A stretch of DNA of 64,000 nt from Octopus sinensis (Eukaryota): positions 91,202,001-91,266,000 of the forward strand of contig NC_043003.1 of NCBI RefSeq assembly GCF_006345805.1. The letters run 5' to 3'. Below the pieces are notes generated by a model. It saw only the letters and a list, made by a program, of their open reading frames with translations. It had not been told where the DNA came from and ran no database searches. Every line of letters begins with the position of its first letter. Positions within the stretch are counted from its first letter, which is position 1. Both the position numbers and the translations under genes were made by a program. Shown here in pieces: positions 1 through 13,261 of this stretch.

Positions 1-69
1 AAAAGGCTTAAATACAACCACATATATTTTTTTTCTCTCTTGTAAATTTCCCTCAATCTGGTTACCCAA

Positions 70-942
70 ATTCTACCCATATCGAACTTCTGAAAATTGT
101 AGTTGAGGAAAAGCTCAAGCATATTGCATGAGAATTAGCCAAACAGTTCAATCGAAGTCACACTTCAATCATAAAACATACTTGTGAACTAAGAACAGCT
201 AAACCTGATCGGTGGATCCCTCATCATCTTACTGGCTGACAGTTTAATCAAAGTGTTGCCCTCTGTTTGTCATTCAAGAGCAGACTTGCTATTGAACTTT
301 TCCTGAATAGTGATGAAAAGTGGGTCCTCTATAACCATATCCAATGAAAACAACAATGAGTAGCATCCAATGAAAACAAGAATCCATCCACAAACCAGTA
401 CTGCTCTGAAACAGTTATGTTCAGTGTTTGGTGGAATATGAATGGTGTCATCTATCATGAAGTGTTTAACTAAAATAAAACAGCTAATGCGAGAAGGATT
501 GTAGTCAAATGGAAGTACTGCATAGAAATTTGCTGGAAAAGTGCCCATCATTAGTTAATCATAAAAGTTTATTGCTCTTATGCGATAATGCAAGACAACA
601 TATTGCCCAAGTAACTCAAAACAAGATTATAGCACTAAATATGCAAGTTTTGCCTCTTGACCTTGTTCAATTTGACTATCATCTTTTCAGATCATTGCGG
701 GATTAATTAGAAAAAAAACAGTTCATTAGTTGTGAAAAGGTTAAAAATGATATGAAGTGCTCCTTTGCTTCAAAGCCAGAAAAATTTCACACCCAAGGGA
801 TCAACAATTTGACAAATAGATGAGCTTATGTTTTCAATAATGAGGCGACATGTTATCTTGATTAAATATATCAATTAAGGCCAAAGACACATTTGTTCCT
901 TATCAATCTTAAAATGTAACAGGTCTTTCCCTCTAACCTAAT
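70..942 (+). mobile_element. Decayed mariner (DD34D) transposase and 3' end
   Basis: Across frames: WIPHHL (WVPHEL motif), DEKWVLY, VMFSVWWNMNGVIYHE, CDNARQH (HDNARPH), DYHLFRSL; many stops/frameshifts; TIR-like ...ctaacctaat near 940. Confidence 0.85.
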
Positions 943-952
943 GTGTATGCCT

Positions 953-960
953 ATCTATCA

Positions 961-1032
<72 letters not shown>

Positions 1033-1045
1033 ATCTATCTATCTA
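953..1045. repeat. Compound (CTAT)n/(CTGT)n microsatellite
   Basis: Direct reading. Confidence 0.95.
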
Positions 1046-1234
1046 TGTGTGTATGTACATATTTATGTATGCATATATGCCTACATGCATGTATGTTCTT
1101 TCTTTCCTTTATTTGAAAAGAGAAAACTTTCCTGAAATATACTTGGATCATTAAACGACTTATATTAATTGACACGGTATCAATGTCTTTGTTTTCCGAT
1201 ATTTTGCTTAATTCTTCACTTGCGTTACCCAAAG

Positions 1235-1458
1235 TATTTTTTCCTATTTGCTTACCCCTAGAAAGTATGAAAAGTGGCTAATGTTTCCTTTAAACTTTGC
1301 TTTTACATTTATTCAAACCCCAAAGAATCCGTCTCAACACATGCCTATGATGCTCCCCATTACTCCTGCTTATGATCAGAGATGCACATATTGTCAGCCA
1401 CTAAATGACATGCTCAAGTGGTTAAGGTCAACCAACTGACAAGCAAATCTATAGTATT
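1235..1458 (-). mobile_element. Dispersed repeat (same family as 42085-42490), interrupted by the Gypsy insertion
   Basis: Reverse complement matches ~42250-42470; aagcaaatctatagtatt (1441-1458) continues as gagcaaaata after the TSD copy at 3330-3334, matching the family sequence at 41609-41640. Confidence 0.75.
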
Positions 1459-3329
1459 TGTTGTGTATTGGACACCTGCTGTACATTTGTTTAAATAATT
1501 AAAATCCAACAGTCACATGGCATGCATGAGTATCATGTGAATTTGTCTGTTTTTATTTTTATATATATATATTGCAATCAAAATAAACAGGGACACACAA
1601 TTGATTCTATTGCTACAGGATTGCGGTTCATGTTGTTACCCCTTCTCATGCATTCTGCTATTGGTTGTGCTTCTACTACAGTGAGATAGAAATTCGCAGT
1701 TTACAGCTATTTGAACCTTGTTCCCATACCTGTGCTTATGAAATAAGCAAATTACAAAACTTGGCAATGGCGTTGCTGACAGAACAAGGAAAATCTCTTG
1801 CTGACATAAACTTACAGTCGACTGAAGACATCACAACCCGGCTTGTGACAGTCAAAGCAAAAGCTTATGTGGATGAATTAAAGGATAACCTACAAGATAA
1901 TGACCAAAGTCCTAAGGCTATGAAATTCATTTCTTTGGTAAGAATAGAAGCATTAAAAATTATCCGAGATATTGATATCCTGAAGAATATTATGAAAATG
2001 ACTTAAGATGACCTAAAAAATTCAATTCTAAATCATGTTGCCCCTTCAAAGAAACTGATATTTGCCGAAAGAACAAAATTCTTCACCATTCAACAACCCA
2101 ATGAGTCAATTTCTCAATTTCTTTCAAATCTGCAACATGCCAGTTTATACTGTGATTTTGAAAGTCTGAAAATGTCTAAAACATCAGTGTGTGAAAAACT
2201 CATACTGTCTCAGTTGGTTGTCAGTCTAAGAAGCAGCAAGGAAAGAGAAAGTTCTTCAAGCTAATGAAGATAATTTTTTCTTTTACCTTGAGCAGTCATT
2301 TTGGAATAGGCAATGATTTCTTTTGAATTGTCATTGTAAAAATTCAGATATTTGTGAAGAACATAGCAAAAATTGTACTGTAGCTTCTAAACTGAGTTCT
2401 TTATCTTCATTAGCTTGAAGAACTTTCTCTTTCCTTGCTGCTTCTTAGACTGACAACCAACTGAGACAGTATGAGTTTTTCACACACTGATGTTTTAGAC
2501 ATTTTCAGACTTTCAAAATCACAGTATGAAAATAGTCAGAAACCATCAAACATACCTTATCTGCATGGAATCCTATCATTGATGATTGGTAGCCCTATTT
2601 ACAGCAAATTCTATTAAATCACCGATCTTCATCAGGCAGGAATGTTGCTTCTCCTGGGGAAAGGTTATTTGGAAGACCATTATGTACCAACTGCAATCAA
2701 CAATTCATACCATTTACTAACATATGGTACCACAACAAATGCATGAAGAAAGCATATATCTGGCACAGAAAGGTGCAAATACTGCAATTGTCGTAAATGA
2801 GAACAAAAGCTGGATTGCCAGTTTCAACCAATTGTTTCCTTCAACGGACCATTGTCAATCCACCTGGGTAGGAATTGACTCAAGGTCAGGCAATGACAAC
2901 TGCAGTCTCAAGGTAGAGAAACCTGAACCTCAAATGCATGGAGTTAACAAGATGATGATTGGAGTAAACTGGTGATCTGCTTGAAAAAGAAATCCACCGA
3001 ATCAACTTTTTTATTGAGGTGGTGAGTGTCATGTATTGAACTCCTAATCAATATATAACAAATGCTGTAAATTTGTTTAAATAATTAAAAACTGCATGAG
3101 TTTTATATGAACTTGTCCATATTTTTTCTATATATTGCAATTAAAATAAACAGGGACACACAATTGATTCTATTGCCACAGGATCGCGGTTGATGTTGTT
3201 ACCCCTTCTCATACATTCTGCTGTTGGTTGTGCTTCTGCTACAGCGAGATAGAAATTCACAGTTTACGGCTATTTGATCTTTGTTCCTATACTTGTGCTT
3301 ATGAAATAAGAAAATTACAAAACTTGACA
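1459..3329 (+). mobile_element. Internally deleted Ty3/Gypsy LTR retrotransposon; LTRs 1459-1766 and 3027-3329; TSD GTATT
   Basis: ~300-bp direct repeats with TG...CA ends; gtatt at 1454-1458 and 3330-3334; PBS-like tggcgttgctgacag after 5' LTR; purine-rich gaggtggtgag before 3' LTR; gag-like FAERTKFFTIQQPNESISQFLSNLQHASLYCDF; integrase-tail-like SPGERLFGRPL. Confidence 0.9.
2147..2527. repeat. Perfect 127-bp inverted repeat (2147-2273 / 2401-2527) inside Gypsy gag
   Basis: Arms are exact reverse complements by eye. Confidence 0.92.
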
Positions 3330-4006
3330 GTATTGAGCAAAATAATAAATGATATCTTATATAGTGGCTTCTTTGTTTGTCTGTGTTTGTGTGCTCAATC
3401 ATGTATGTGCATGTGTGTGTGTGTGTGCACGCATGCATACACATGTACAATTGTACGATATCGAGAGAGAAAAGGAGAAAGCGAGAGAGAGAGAGAGGTG
3501 GAAAGACTATGACAGAAAGGTGAGCGAGGGAAGATAGAGATAGAGAGAAAGAAAAGGCAATCCTTTGGTATTGGTAGATGATATCATTCACCGACACAAC
3601 CTTCCATTATGACATAGATAAAGAAGTTAGAAGAGTTAATGGTGTTGTCTCCTCATACTGACCCTCTAGAGACCAATACTGAAGGATAGCCAGAGAGAAA
3701 CAGAAAGGAAGGGATAGGGAGAGAGAGAAAGAAATAAAGAAAGAAAGAAAGGAAGAGAGAGAAAGGAAAAGAGAGAGTAAGAAAGTAAGAACGAAAGAAA
3801 AGAAGGGAAGTATAAGCTGCATTATCATTGAGGATATAAAATTGACTTCACTGAAATTCATACAACCATTTGACCTTTAAATTGTAACATCATCCTGTCT
3901 GTTTTGATTGATAAGTTATAGACAGGTGGCATTTTCGCTTCTCCACAATGTAATTTAACTCTCCTTGTCTAAATGTTAAACAATGATGATGATGATGCAT
4001 TTCATA

Positions 4007-4363
4007 TCATCATCATCATCATCATTGTTTAACGTCCGCCTTCCATGCTGGCATGGGTGGAACGGTTCCACAAGAGCTGGCATGGCAGAAGCCTGCATTA
4101 GACTTCTGTGACTGTTTTGGCAGGATTTTTACAGCTGGGTGCCCTTCCTAACACCAACCACTTTACAGTGTGAACTGGATGCTTTTAAGTGCCACCTGCA
4201 CTGACAGGGTCACCAAGTATTTGCAAGACGAAAAAAAAAAAGATTTTCAAGAGGGAAGGGGACATTAGAGGAGGTGACCTTGTGTTGGATGATGAAAGGT
4301 TATAGTGAAACAGAGAGACAGAAACAGGTGTCTTGCTGTAGAGGAAGTACAAGGTTACCTGGC

Positions 4364-4397
<34 letters not shown>

Positions 4398-4460
4398 GAG
4401 ACAGCAGGAGAGAGATGGTGGTAAAATACTGGGCATACTCACAATGGCTGGGGACCAAAA
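4007..4460 (-). mobile_element. RTE-LINE 3' tail / RTE-dependent SINE-like copy
   Basis: (CAT)n then gtttaacgtccgccttccatgctggcatggg, the same terminus as the RTE at 28322; related copies at ~14575-14980 (-), 20920-21115 (-), 26730-26978 (+). Confidence 0.75.
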
Positions 4461-4462
4461 TA

Positions 4463-4627
4463 TACCATATTTTAACATGTATAAGGAAACCCTAATTTTG
4501 GGGGCTTAAAATTTAGAAAAAAGTTTTTGTAAAGAATTATAATACTATCCATGTATAAGAAACTCCAATATTTTTATAACCTAATTTTTGACAAAAGAGG
4601 GTTCCTTATACATGTTAAAATACGGTA
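4463..4627. mobile_element. Tigger/pogo-like MITE
   Basis: TIRs taccatattttaacatgtataaggaaaccc / gggttccttatacatgttaaaatacggta with TA ends. Confidence 0.85.
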
Positions 4628-5280
4628 AATGGGATGGTTGAGTAAAGGAAGAGAGAGATGTTTGTTTAACTTTTGTTTGCATTATTTTGCTTGACTTTTA
4701 TTTGTTTATTTGCTTTAATGTGTGTGTGAGTGTGTTTGTGGAGGGGCGGTTTGTTTTATTTTGTTTCATGGGTGAAACGGGGGTCAAAATAATGTTGAAA
4801 TTACCTTGAGAATCTCCAAGAGATTTGGTTCTATATTATGTATGTGCACATGTGCACAAGGCTGCTTCATTATTACAACTGCAACAATTATTATCATAAC
4901 AATGATAATATTGATGATGATGATGATGATGATGATTCCTTTTTACCACAGGGACATCAGATGAGGGGACCATTATTATAAGGGCAGGTTATAAGTTGCA
5001 TGGAGTGGGGGTTAAAAATGAGAGCAAAATGGTTTTCATTATATATAAAATAAGTGGATATGCAGCCTTCTTGAAATGGGAAAGCCTCTAAACAGGGCCA
5101 ATCGAGGAACTCCACAAATCTAGAGTCAACCTGACTCCCAAGGGCACAAGCCCTCACCTAAATGCTGTTCGTCAATATACAGGCACATACTTAGAATAGT
5201 CCAATTCGCACTAACACTTTTTACCACATTCTCCCCCACTTTTTGACAAATTTATTGGAAGAGAGCACTCACATCTCCAT

Positions 5281-5875
5281 CAATAATAATAATAATAATA
5301 ATAACAATAATAATAATAAAGATAATAATAATAACAACAACAATAACAACAACAACAACAACAACAACAATAATAATAATAATAAAGACATTATATTGAA
5401 AGACAAAAATCATGCCTCCTCATTGATATGACTGTCCCAATCGATATAAACGTATCTGTCAAGACCTACCAAAAACTGAGCAAATATAAAGATCTTGCAA
5501 TAGAAATCAGCAAAATGTGGAAGCTGAAGACTAAAACAATACCTGTTGTCATAGGTGCCCTAGGAATGATAGCAAAAGGGGTTGATTGCTACATAGCTCA
5601 GACACCAGGAAACCCCAAAATGGAAGAAATTCAAAAGATAGTGCTCATGAGAACTGCCCATATCCTGTGTAAAATGCTGTCTATGTAATCTCAAATTTTA
5701 AAACTAACTCATAATTTTCTTATGGTTTCTTAAACATTCTCTAGAACAATACTATGAACAAAACCAAATATATGGCAGGCATAACACCAACATGAACTTC
5801 CAACTTGTCTCTTGAGGTTTCTGGATGAGACTTGGAGCAAACTTGTACAAATGTAAAGCAAAAAGTCAAACATAA

Positions 5876-5916
<41 letters not shown>

Positions 5917-5953
5917 TAATAATAATAAAGATAATAATAATAACAACAACAAT

Positions 5954-5986
<33 letters not shown>

Positions 5987-7120
5987 AATAATAATAATAA
6001 AGACATTATATTGAAAGACAAAAATCATGCCTCCTCATTGATATGACTGTCCCAATCGATATAAACGTATCTGTCAAGACCTACCAAAAACTGAGCAAAT
6101 ATAAAGATCTTGCAATAGAAATCAGCAAAATGTGGAAGCTGAAGACTAAAACAATACCTGTTGTCATAGGTGCCCTAGGAATGATAGCAAAAGGGGTTGA
6201 TTGCTACATAGCTCAGACACCAGGAAACCCCAAAATGGAAGAAATTCAAAAGATAGTGCTCATGAGAACTGCCCATATCCTGTGTAAAATGCTGTCTATG
6301 TAATCTCAAATTTTAAAACTAACTCATAATTTTCTTATGGTTTCTTAAACATTCTCTAGAACAATACTATGAACAAAACCAAATATATGGCAGGCATAAC
6401 ACCAACATGAACTTCCAACTTGTCTCTTGAGGTCTCTGGATGAGACTTGGAGCAAACTTGTACAAATGTAAAGCAAAAAGTCAAACATAAAATAATAATA
6501 ATAATAATAATAATAACAATAATAATAATAAAGATAATAATAATAACAACAACAATAACAACAACAACAACAACAACAACAATAATAATAATAATAAAGA
6601 CATTATATTGAAAGACAAAAATCATGCCTCCTCATTGATATGACTGTCCCAATCGATATAAACGTATCTGTCAAGACCTACCAAAAACTGAGCAAATATA
6701 AAGATCTTGCAATAGAAATCAGCAAAATGTGGAAGCTGAAGACTAAAACAATACCTGTTGTCATAGGTGCCCTAGGAATGATAGCAAAAGGGGTTGATTG
6801 CTACATAGCTCAGACACCAGGAAACCCCAAAATGGAAGAAATTCAAAAATTCAAAAGATAGTGCTCATGAGAACTGCCCATATCCTGTGTAAAATGCTGT
6901 CTATGTAATCTCAAATTTTAAAACTAACTCATAATTTTCTTATGGTTTCTTAAACATTCTCTAGAACAATACTATGAACAAAACCAAATATATGGCAGGC
7001 ATAACACCAACATGAACTTCCAACTTGTCTCTTGAGGTCTCTGGATGAGACTTGGAGCAAACTTGTACAAATGTAAAGCAAAAAGTCAAACATAAAATAA
7101 TAATAATAATAATAATAATA
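5281..7120 (+). mobile_element. Three tandem near-identical copies (~600-bp period) of an R4/Dong-like LINE 3' end (restriction-like endonuclease) in (AAT/AAC)n
   Basis: ORFs at 5428, 6043, 6640: DIIL...IDMTVPIDINV..K..KLSKYKDL..EI..MW......PVVIGALG, the RLE C-terminus of R4-clade LINEs. Confidence 0.85.
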
Positions 7121-7122
7121 TT

Positions 7123-7590
7123 ACCAGCCAATGTACACCACTAGCCCAGAAGGAAAATAAGAGACGCCACAACAATATAGTAAGGCTTGTCTATTGGATG
7201 CTTTGCAACAAATATGGTCTTGACAGAGAAGAAAATTGGTACGACCACAAACCCAAAGGCATCACCGAAAATGATAATGCAAATATCCTGTGGGATTTTA
7301 TGATTCAGTGCAACCATGAGATAGAAAATAGGAAGACAGACATAGTCTTAATTGAAAAAGAAAGTAAACTATGCTGGATCATAGATATAGCATGCCCAGC
7401 TGACAACAAGGTATGCAATAAGGAAGAAAGAAAAGTTGATAGGTATGACAGGTTAGCTTGGGAGGTTTAGCAGTTGTGTTCAATGAAAAAGGTGGTAGTG
7501 GTACCAATAATTGTCGGAGTCATGAGAACTGAGTAAAAATCTCAAGAAGTACATGGAACATCTCCAGCTTTAGAAGCTGTGCAAAGGTAA
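7123..7590 (+). mobile_element. Second R4/Dong-like LINE fragment (different subfamily)
   Basis: WYDHKP...ILWDFMIQCNHEIENRKTDIVLI...IIDIACPAD; flanked by (AAT)n; a third small fragment (LVIGALG...YSARILR) at ~8340-8470. Confidence 0.85.
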
Positions 7591-7597
7591 TAATAAA

Positions 7598-8112
7598 TAC
7601 CCTGATGCAGTACCAGACAGTGGCTCTCATAGCTTCTGATCTTAACTGATTGGAAGTGTTATCATGTACATTGTTTTGTCTTGGTATAAAAGATGGGCTA
7701 CGGCAAATATTCTGCTCACTACCACAGATTTGCTTGTCAGTTGTTTGACCTTAACCAGGTGAGTGTCTCCCTTGGTGGCTGGTGATATGTGCATCTCTGA
7801 TCATGAGTAGAAGTTGTGGGGGAGCATCATAGCCATGTTTTGAGAGGAATTCTTTGGAGTTTGAATAATTCTCCTCAGGAAACATTGGTGTTTTGTTTAA
7901 CAACCCTTATTCAAGGACCTTTTGGGCAGGATGGGCCACCTGCAAGGTCATGCTATTTATCTTGATATGAGATCACCATGTCGTGCACACATGGTTGTGA
8001 TACATGTGCCCAGTGTACCCTTATCAGACGGTTAATCCTGATGGGTATCCTGGGTTTCATATACTTGTACCCCAGTGTCACTTTGATGGCATGCACTGCT
8101 CTCTCACTCAAT
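7598..8112. mobile_element. ~520-bp non-coding interspersed repeat associated with (AAT)n
   Basis: Full copy also at 41505-42060, partial copies at 41100-41430 and 42228-42390; the full copies are bounded by AAT runs. Confidence 0.8.
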
Positions 8113-8134
8113 AGTAATAATAATGATAATTTTT

Positions 8135-8287
8135 TCTACTATAGGCACAGCTCCTGAAATTTTCAGGGAGGGGACTAATTAATTATATCAACCCTGTTGC
8201 TTCACTGGTACTTATTTTATCGACCCCGAAAGGATGAAAGGCAAAGTTGACTTCAGCAGAATCTGCATACAGAATGTAAAGATGACA

Positions 8288-8331
<44 letters not shown>

Positions 8332-8708
8332 CAATAACAATCTTTGGTAATAGGTGCACTTGGTGCAAAATGCAAACTGCAACCTAAGAGACTGAAGGAT
8401 AGTATAATTGAAACACGCATTGTTGACTTTCAGGAAAGTGGTGCCCTGTATTCTGCAAGAATCCTAAGATAAATTTGTGCCTATATTAGAAAAGAATATT
8501 ATGAACTGGCAGAATCATTAGCAGAGTGGGCGAAATGCTTAGCAGTATTTCACCTGTTGCTTCATTCTGAGTTCAAATTCTGATGAGGTCAACTTTGCCT
8601 TTCATCCTTTCAAGGTCGATAAATTAAGTACCAGTGAAACACTGGGGTCAATATGATTGACTAGTCTTCTCCTCCAAAATTTCAGGTCTTGTGCCTTTAG
8701 CAGAAAGG

Positions 8709-8710
<2 letters not shown>
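8135..8710. mobile_element. Two opposite-orientation tRNA-derived SINEs (Nin-domain-like), 8135-8285 (-) and 8505-8710 (+)
   Basis: B-box gagttcaaattc and core ctttgcctttcatcctttc..ggtcgataaa..aagtacc. Confidence 0.8.
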
Positions 8711-8765
<55 letters not shown>

Positions 8766-10042
8766 TCTTCATTTTTTTCAAAGACAATATGTGAGGACAA
8801 ATTATGAAGGCAGTGGATGGTTATTCAGAACTTTTATGGGAATAAAAAAAATAGCCCTGATAAACAAGTGTACACAGAAGAGATGGGATCACACCTTTTT
8901 AGAGGTCAATAAAGGAACCTTAAATATCCAGAGAAATAACCCAGTTACTAGTAGCATGTATATGAACAACATAGACAAATACAGGTGTATCAAATACCAT
9001 ACTATGTTTGTTGGTTTATTTAAATTATCTTCACCTCGTGAGGATGTATCACAGTTACCAAATGACAATTGAGATGGCTGCATATAAGGAGAGGTCATCA
9101 GAAGAATTAAGAATTCTCCAAAGTTGATGTGCCATGAAGGAAAAAGACTGGCCAATATACTGCATACATACATATACATACGCATGCACTTGTCCTTGCC
9201 TGTATGTGCACATTTAAGTGTAATTTGCACACCTATAACTGTGCACACACATGCATAATAATGATGGTGATGACAATGAAGAGATTGATAACAATGATGA
9301 TGTCGATGATGATGATGATGATGATGAAAGATTTAAAGATCCTAAGTTGATTGACAACAAGATAGCTAGGAGACAGTAGGAAGAGACAAAAAAAATTCTT
9401 GTTTTCCTTTGAAACAAAGGGCACAGTCTCTCCTGTCGAAAACTGTCGCCTGCAGGTGATGTTATTTATTTAAACAAGCAATATCAAATCAGCTGCTGTT
9501 TATTCACTATCGTGTCAAATCTCGGCTCTTGTCCCCCACTGTCAAATATCACAACAGCCACGCCACCACTGTGACCATTTCGGCTGAGATTTCTCTGACA
9601 AGTGAAAAAAACAAAAGAAAAGAAAAAGCTTTTGAAATTGGGTCATATTTTTGGTTTTTCTTTGATCAGTTGTTGCTATTGTTTTCTCCACTGCCATTTC
9701 CTGTGATTGTAGGTCTTTGCATATATAATACTATACACTGGTGCCTTACAAAATATAAATGAATATGATTGAAGTATAAAGTTCCAGGAAAGTAGTAGAT
9801 TATAGCTGTCTCAAAATATACATACGCACAAATATAATATATACATATACTTATATATATATACCCTTATCACACACATATGTGCATACACAAACACACA
9901 TACTCATATACATCATACATTATTCTGAAGGATAAATGAAAAAATAACCAAGGTCAAACTTAAGCGAACATAATTAATTAGACAAATATAAACTGCAAAA
10001 TTTAATTCAATTTAATTTTTTGAAAAACGAAATCAAAAACAA

Positions 10043-10148
10043 ATGGAGTTCATTACTTTTGGGAAATTGGCAACTGTATGTATGCATCTAGCTTTGTTAA
10101 TGATTCTAATGAAGACGCAGCATGTAGAAACGGACTCTACAAAACAAG
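10043..10148 (+). CDS. Candidate first coding exon encoding a signal peptide (MEFITFGKLATVCMHLALLMILMKTQHVETDSTKQ)
   Basis: aaacaaATGG start context, hydrophobic core, strong donor AAG|gtaaga, phase 1. Caveat: 10106-10131 also resembles a degenerate hammerhead core, so a Penelope relic is an alternative. Confidence 0.35.
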
Positions 10149-10750
10149 GTAAGATTTTTTTTTCTTTACTCTCTGTCCTTTTGAATATACTTCAATATAT
10201 GTATCTCTGTGTGTTTATCTGTTTCCATACGTTGGTGTATATTCAAATCACAGCTGTAAACATGGTCAGTCCAGGTGTGGCCTGGCCTAACTAACCCTGA
10301 AAAGGCATCACAACCGTACATTAGGTATTAGTTAATAATATAATAAATTATAATGGCTATATAAATATATGCCCCTTCCGTTTTACTCACACCTCTGAAG
10401 TTAATAAATTAATCAATCCTCACCAGAACTAGATAAGTTTCAGCCCAAAGAGCCATATCCAGTTTAATAGCACAAAACTTAAGGTTTGTAAAAGTAATTC
10501 TGTGTCACATCTGTTATTTCAGGAAAAAGATTTCAAAATTTCATTTTCATTTGTATGTATATGCTATATATTTTTGTATGAATGTGTGTGTGTGTGTGTG
10601 TGTGTTTTGAATAAAAGAATTCATATACAAGACAGTCCAAAAATGGTTATTATACATATGCGCATATATATATGTCTATATGTATGTAGATATGTGTGTG
10701 TGGGGGGGGGTGTACATATGTATGTATGTATGTATGTATGTATGTGCTTC

Positions 10751-12007
10751 TATTGGGTTGTCCAGAAAGTTCATGCCAATTTTTAAAGGAAAGAAAAAGG
10801 TCAATAAATACTTGCCATTACATTTTTAATCAACTAAATATGAACCATTTTGTTGAACAATGCATCTCCATCTTACCTTTAACTTGAAAATACCCACTTC
10901 CCAGAATTGAGGTAGTTTCATGGCAAAGAATTCATCAAGGTATCTTTTTACATCATCCAAGGAATTGAAATTTTTACCATTAAGGCTATTCTGCAGAGAC
11001 CTGAATAAGGGGAAATCCAAAGGAGCAATATCTGGTGAATATGGAGGGTGGGATAACACATACCAGCCGAGCTGCAGCAATTTTTGCCTGGTTCCCAAAG
11101 AAACGTGCAGTCTTGCATTATCATGTTGGAAAACAACATCCTTCCTGTTGGCCAATTCTGGACGCTTCTCTTGAATTGCTGCTTTTAATTCGTCCAGTTG
11201 TGTACAGTATTTCTCAGAATTAATTATCTGGTTACTTGGGAGAAGCTCATAGTACAGAATTCCTTTCCAATCCCACCAGACACAAAACAAGACTTTTTTA
11301 GGGTGAAGACCCGTTTTGGGGTGGCTAAGGGTGGCTCATATCGCTTACTCCAGCATTGCTTTCTCTGAACATTTTGGTAGATAATCCACTTCTCATCACC
11401 TGTCACAATTTGCTTTAAAAAAGACGCATTGGAAATGCAATCCAAAAGGTTCTTCTCACTCAACTCATGTGGTACCCAAACATCATAGTGATTTGTATAC
11501 CCAAGCTTTACCGGGTGCTCATGAATGATGGATTTTGATAGGTTGAGGCTTTCTGCCAATTCTCGGGTTGTGCAATGTGGGTTATTCTCAATTAATGACT
11601 TGATTTGGTCATCATCTGTAGTGGATGGTCTGCCTGATCGCTCTTTATCAATAAGGCTTCAATCTCCAGCTCAGAGCCTTGCGAACCACTTCCATACAGT
11701 TCCTTCAGATAAAGAAACATCACCGTAAACTGCGCATATTTCTTTGGTTGCTTGTGAGGCATTTTTCCCTTTATGGAAAAAGAAAAGCATCAAGTGCCAA
11801 AAAGGAACTATTTTATCTTCCATTTTAAAGGGTTACAGAATTAACACAGGTTATAGGAACATAAACCTTCTTCCACATAAAGATAGCTTAAACTGTGCTC
11901 TAAATGGAGGTATAGTCAAATCCTATTTTATGGACTCAACCATGTGCTAAAATAAGTCGAAAGGTAAGCTACTATAAGTCGGTACAAACTTTCCAGACAA
12001 ACCAATA
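10751..12007 (-). mobile_element. Full-length (~1.26 kb) mariner element, frameshifted DD34D transposase
   Basis: TIRs tattgggttgtccagaaagtt / aactttccagacaaaccaata; WVPHEL, TGDEKW, HDNARLH, YSPDIAPLD; coding ~11822-10826. Confidence 0.95.
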
Positions 12008-12048
12008 CATTTTTTTAAAAATTATATATGGTTTCTTTTCCTTTGCAG

Positions 12049-12079
12049 AATTGAAGACAGTCACTGACAAAGTGCCAGG
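12049..12079 (+). CDS. Candidate 31-nt micro-exon (E)LKTVTDKVP(G)
   Basis: Acceptor ttcttttcctttgcag, donor AGG|gtctgt; phase 1 in, phase 2 out. Confidence 0.25.
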
Positions 12080-13060
12080 GTCTGTTTAAGTTTTAGGGTC
12101 TATGGATATCTCATTTGGTTGGTGTATGCTAAACTTGCATTTCATTTTAGTATACAAGTGTGTAAAATTTATTGCTGTGTGTGTGTGTTCCATATGTAAA
12201 TGTGATTGTGTATCTGTGTTTAGTCCACGAATCTCAAATGGAGAATCCTTGGAAGAATGTTTTACAAATTTTTTAAGAATGTATTCATGTGTGTGTGTGT
12301 GGTGTGTGTGTTTCTTTGAGTTTAATTTAAGCTCTTCATGAAAGGGTTCAAGCCAGTCGCTAACAAAACAACAAGACTTTTTGAGTTAAGAGAGATTCTT
12401 GTGTTTGTAGATATGTGGTTGAGTTAATGTGTTGGTTGATCTGCTGATGAATTCACTCAATGTGTGCATTTATTCACATAATAATCTCATATGGAGAATT
12501 TCTGGACTGTCTTACAAATCTATACTGTGCCACTAATGGATTGAATGTGGAGAATCTGTATCAGGTTTTTTTTATTCTTTTTCTGTGAAACCAAGTATTT
12601 CTAGGTTTTTGTGCAAATACATAACCTAATGCACCTACGATGATGGGATTTCATAGTTACGATACAACAGCTGTAAGCTGTGCGTTAATTCACCACAAAT
12701 GTTCTCTTTTCCCTGCACTTTTCATTGTACATTCACATCTGCTGGACAGCTGATCTCTTTAGCAGTGCATGACATTTGTTCCTCGTCCCATGACTTTTGT
12801 TTCCAGGTCTGTTATGTTTGCGCCGAATTGATGCTTTTATTGGGGTGTTCCACAAGTATTCCTTGTTTTTAAAGTTGTGAATATCTGCTGGTTCTGAAAC
12901 ACCTTTGATGTATATGTTAGAACTTTTCTTCCTGCTGATAACATTGTAAATAGGTTTTGCTACTACATCATGCTTCAGGGGCAGCTAGTATCTCATAAAC
13001 ATTTTGGGGCAGCTACTGTTGATGTGGGTGATATCTTCCCACATTGGTATAGCAGAGCCA

Positions 13061-13194
13061 ATGTATGTATGTATGTATGTTTGTATGTTTGTATGTATGT
13101 ATGTATGTATGTATGTATATATGTATGTATATATGTATGCATACCTGCATATATGTATGTATGTACATACATATGTATTTACGTATGTACATAC

Positions 13195-13225
<31 letters not shown>

Positions 13226-13230
13226 CATAC

Positions 13231-13261
<31 letters not shown>

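Noticed and set aside
10826-11290. SETMAR-like host gene
   Set aside because: No SET domain; TIR-bounded, frameshifted mariner copy
12083-13060. Possible Penelope-like coding relic on the minus strand
   Set aside because: Only scattered Cys-rich hints; no diagnostic motif could be read with confidence
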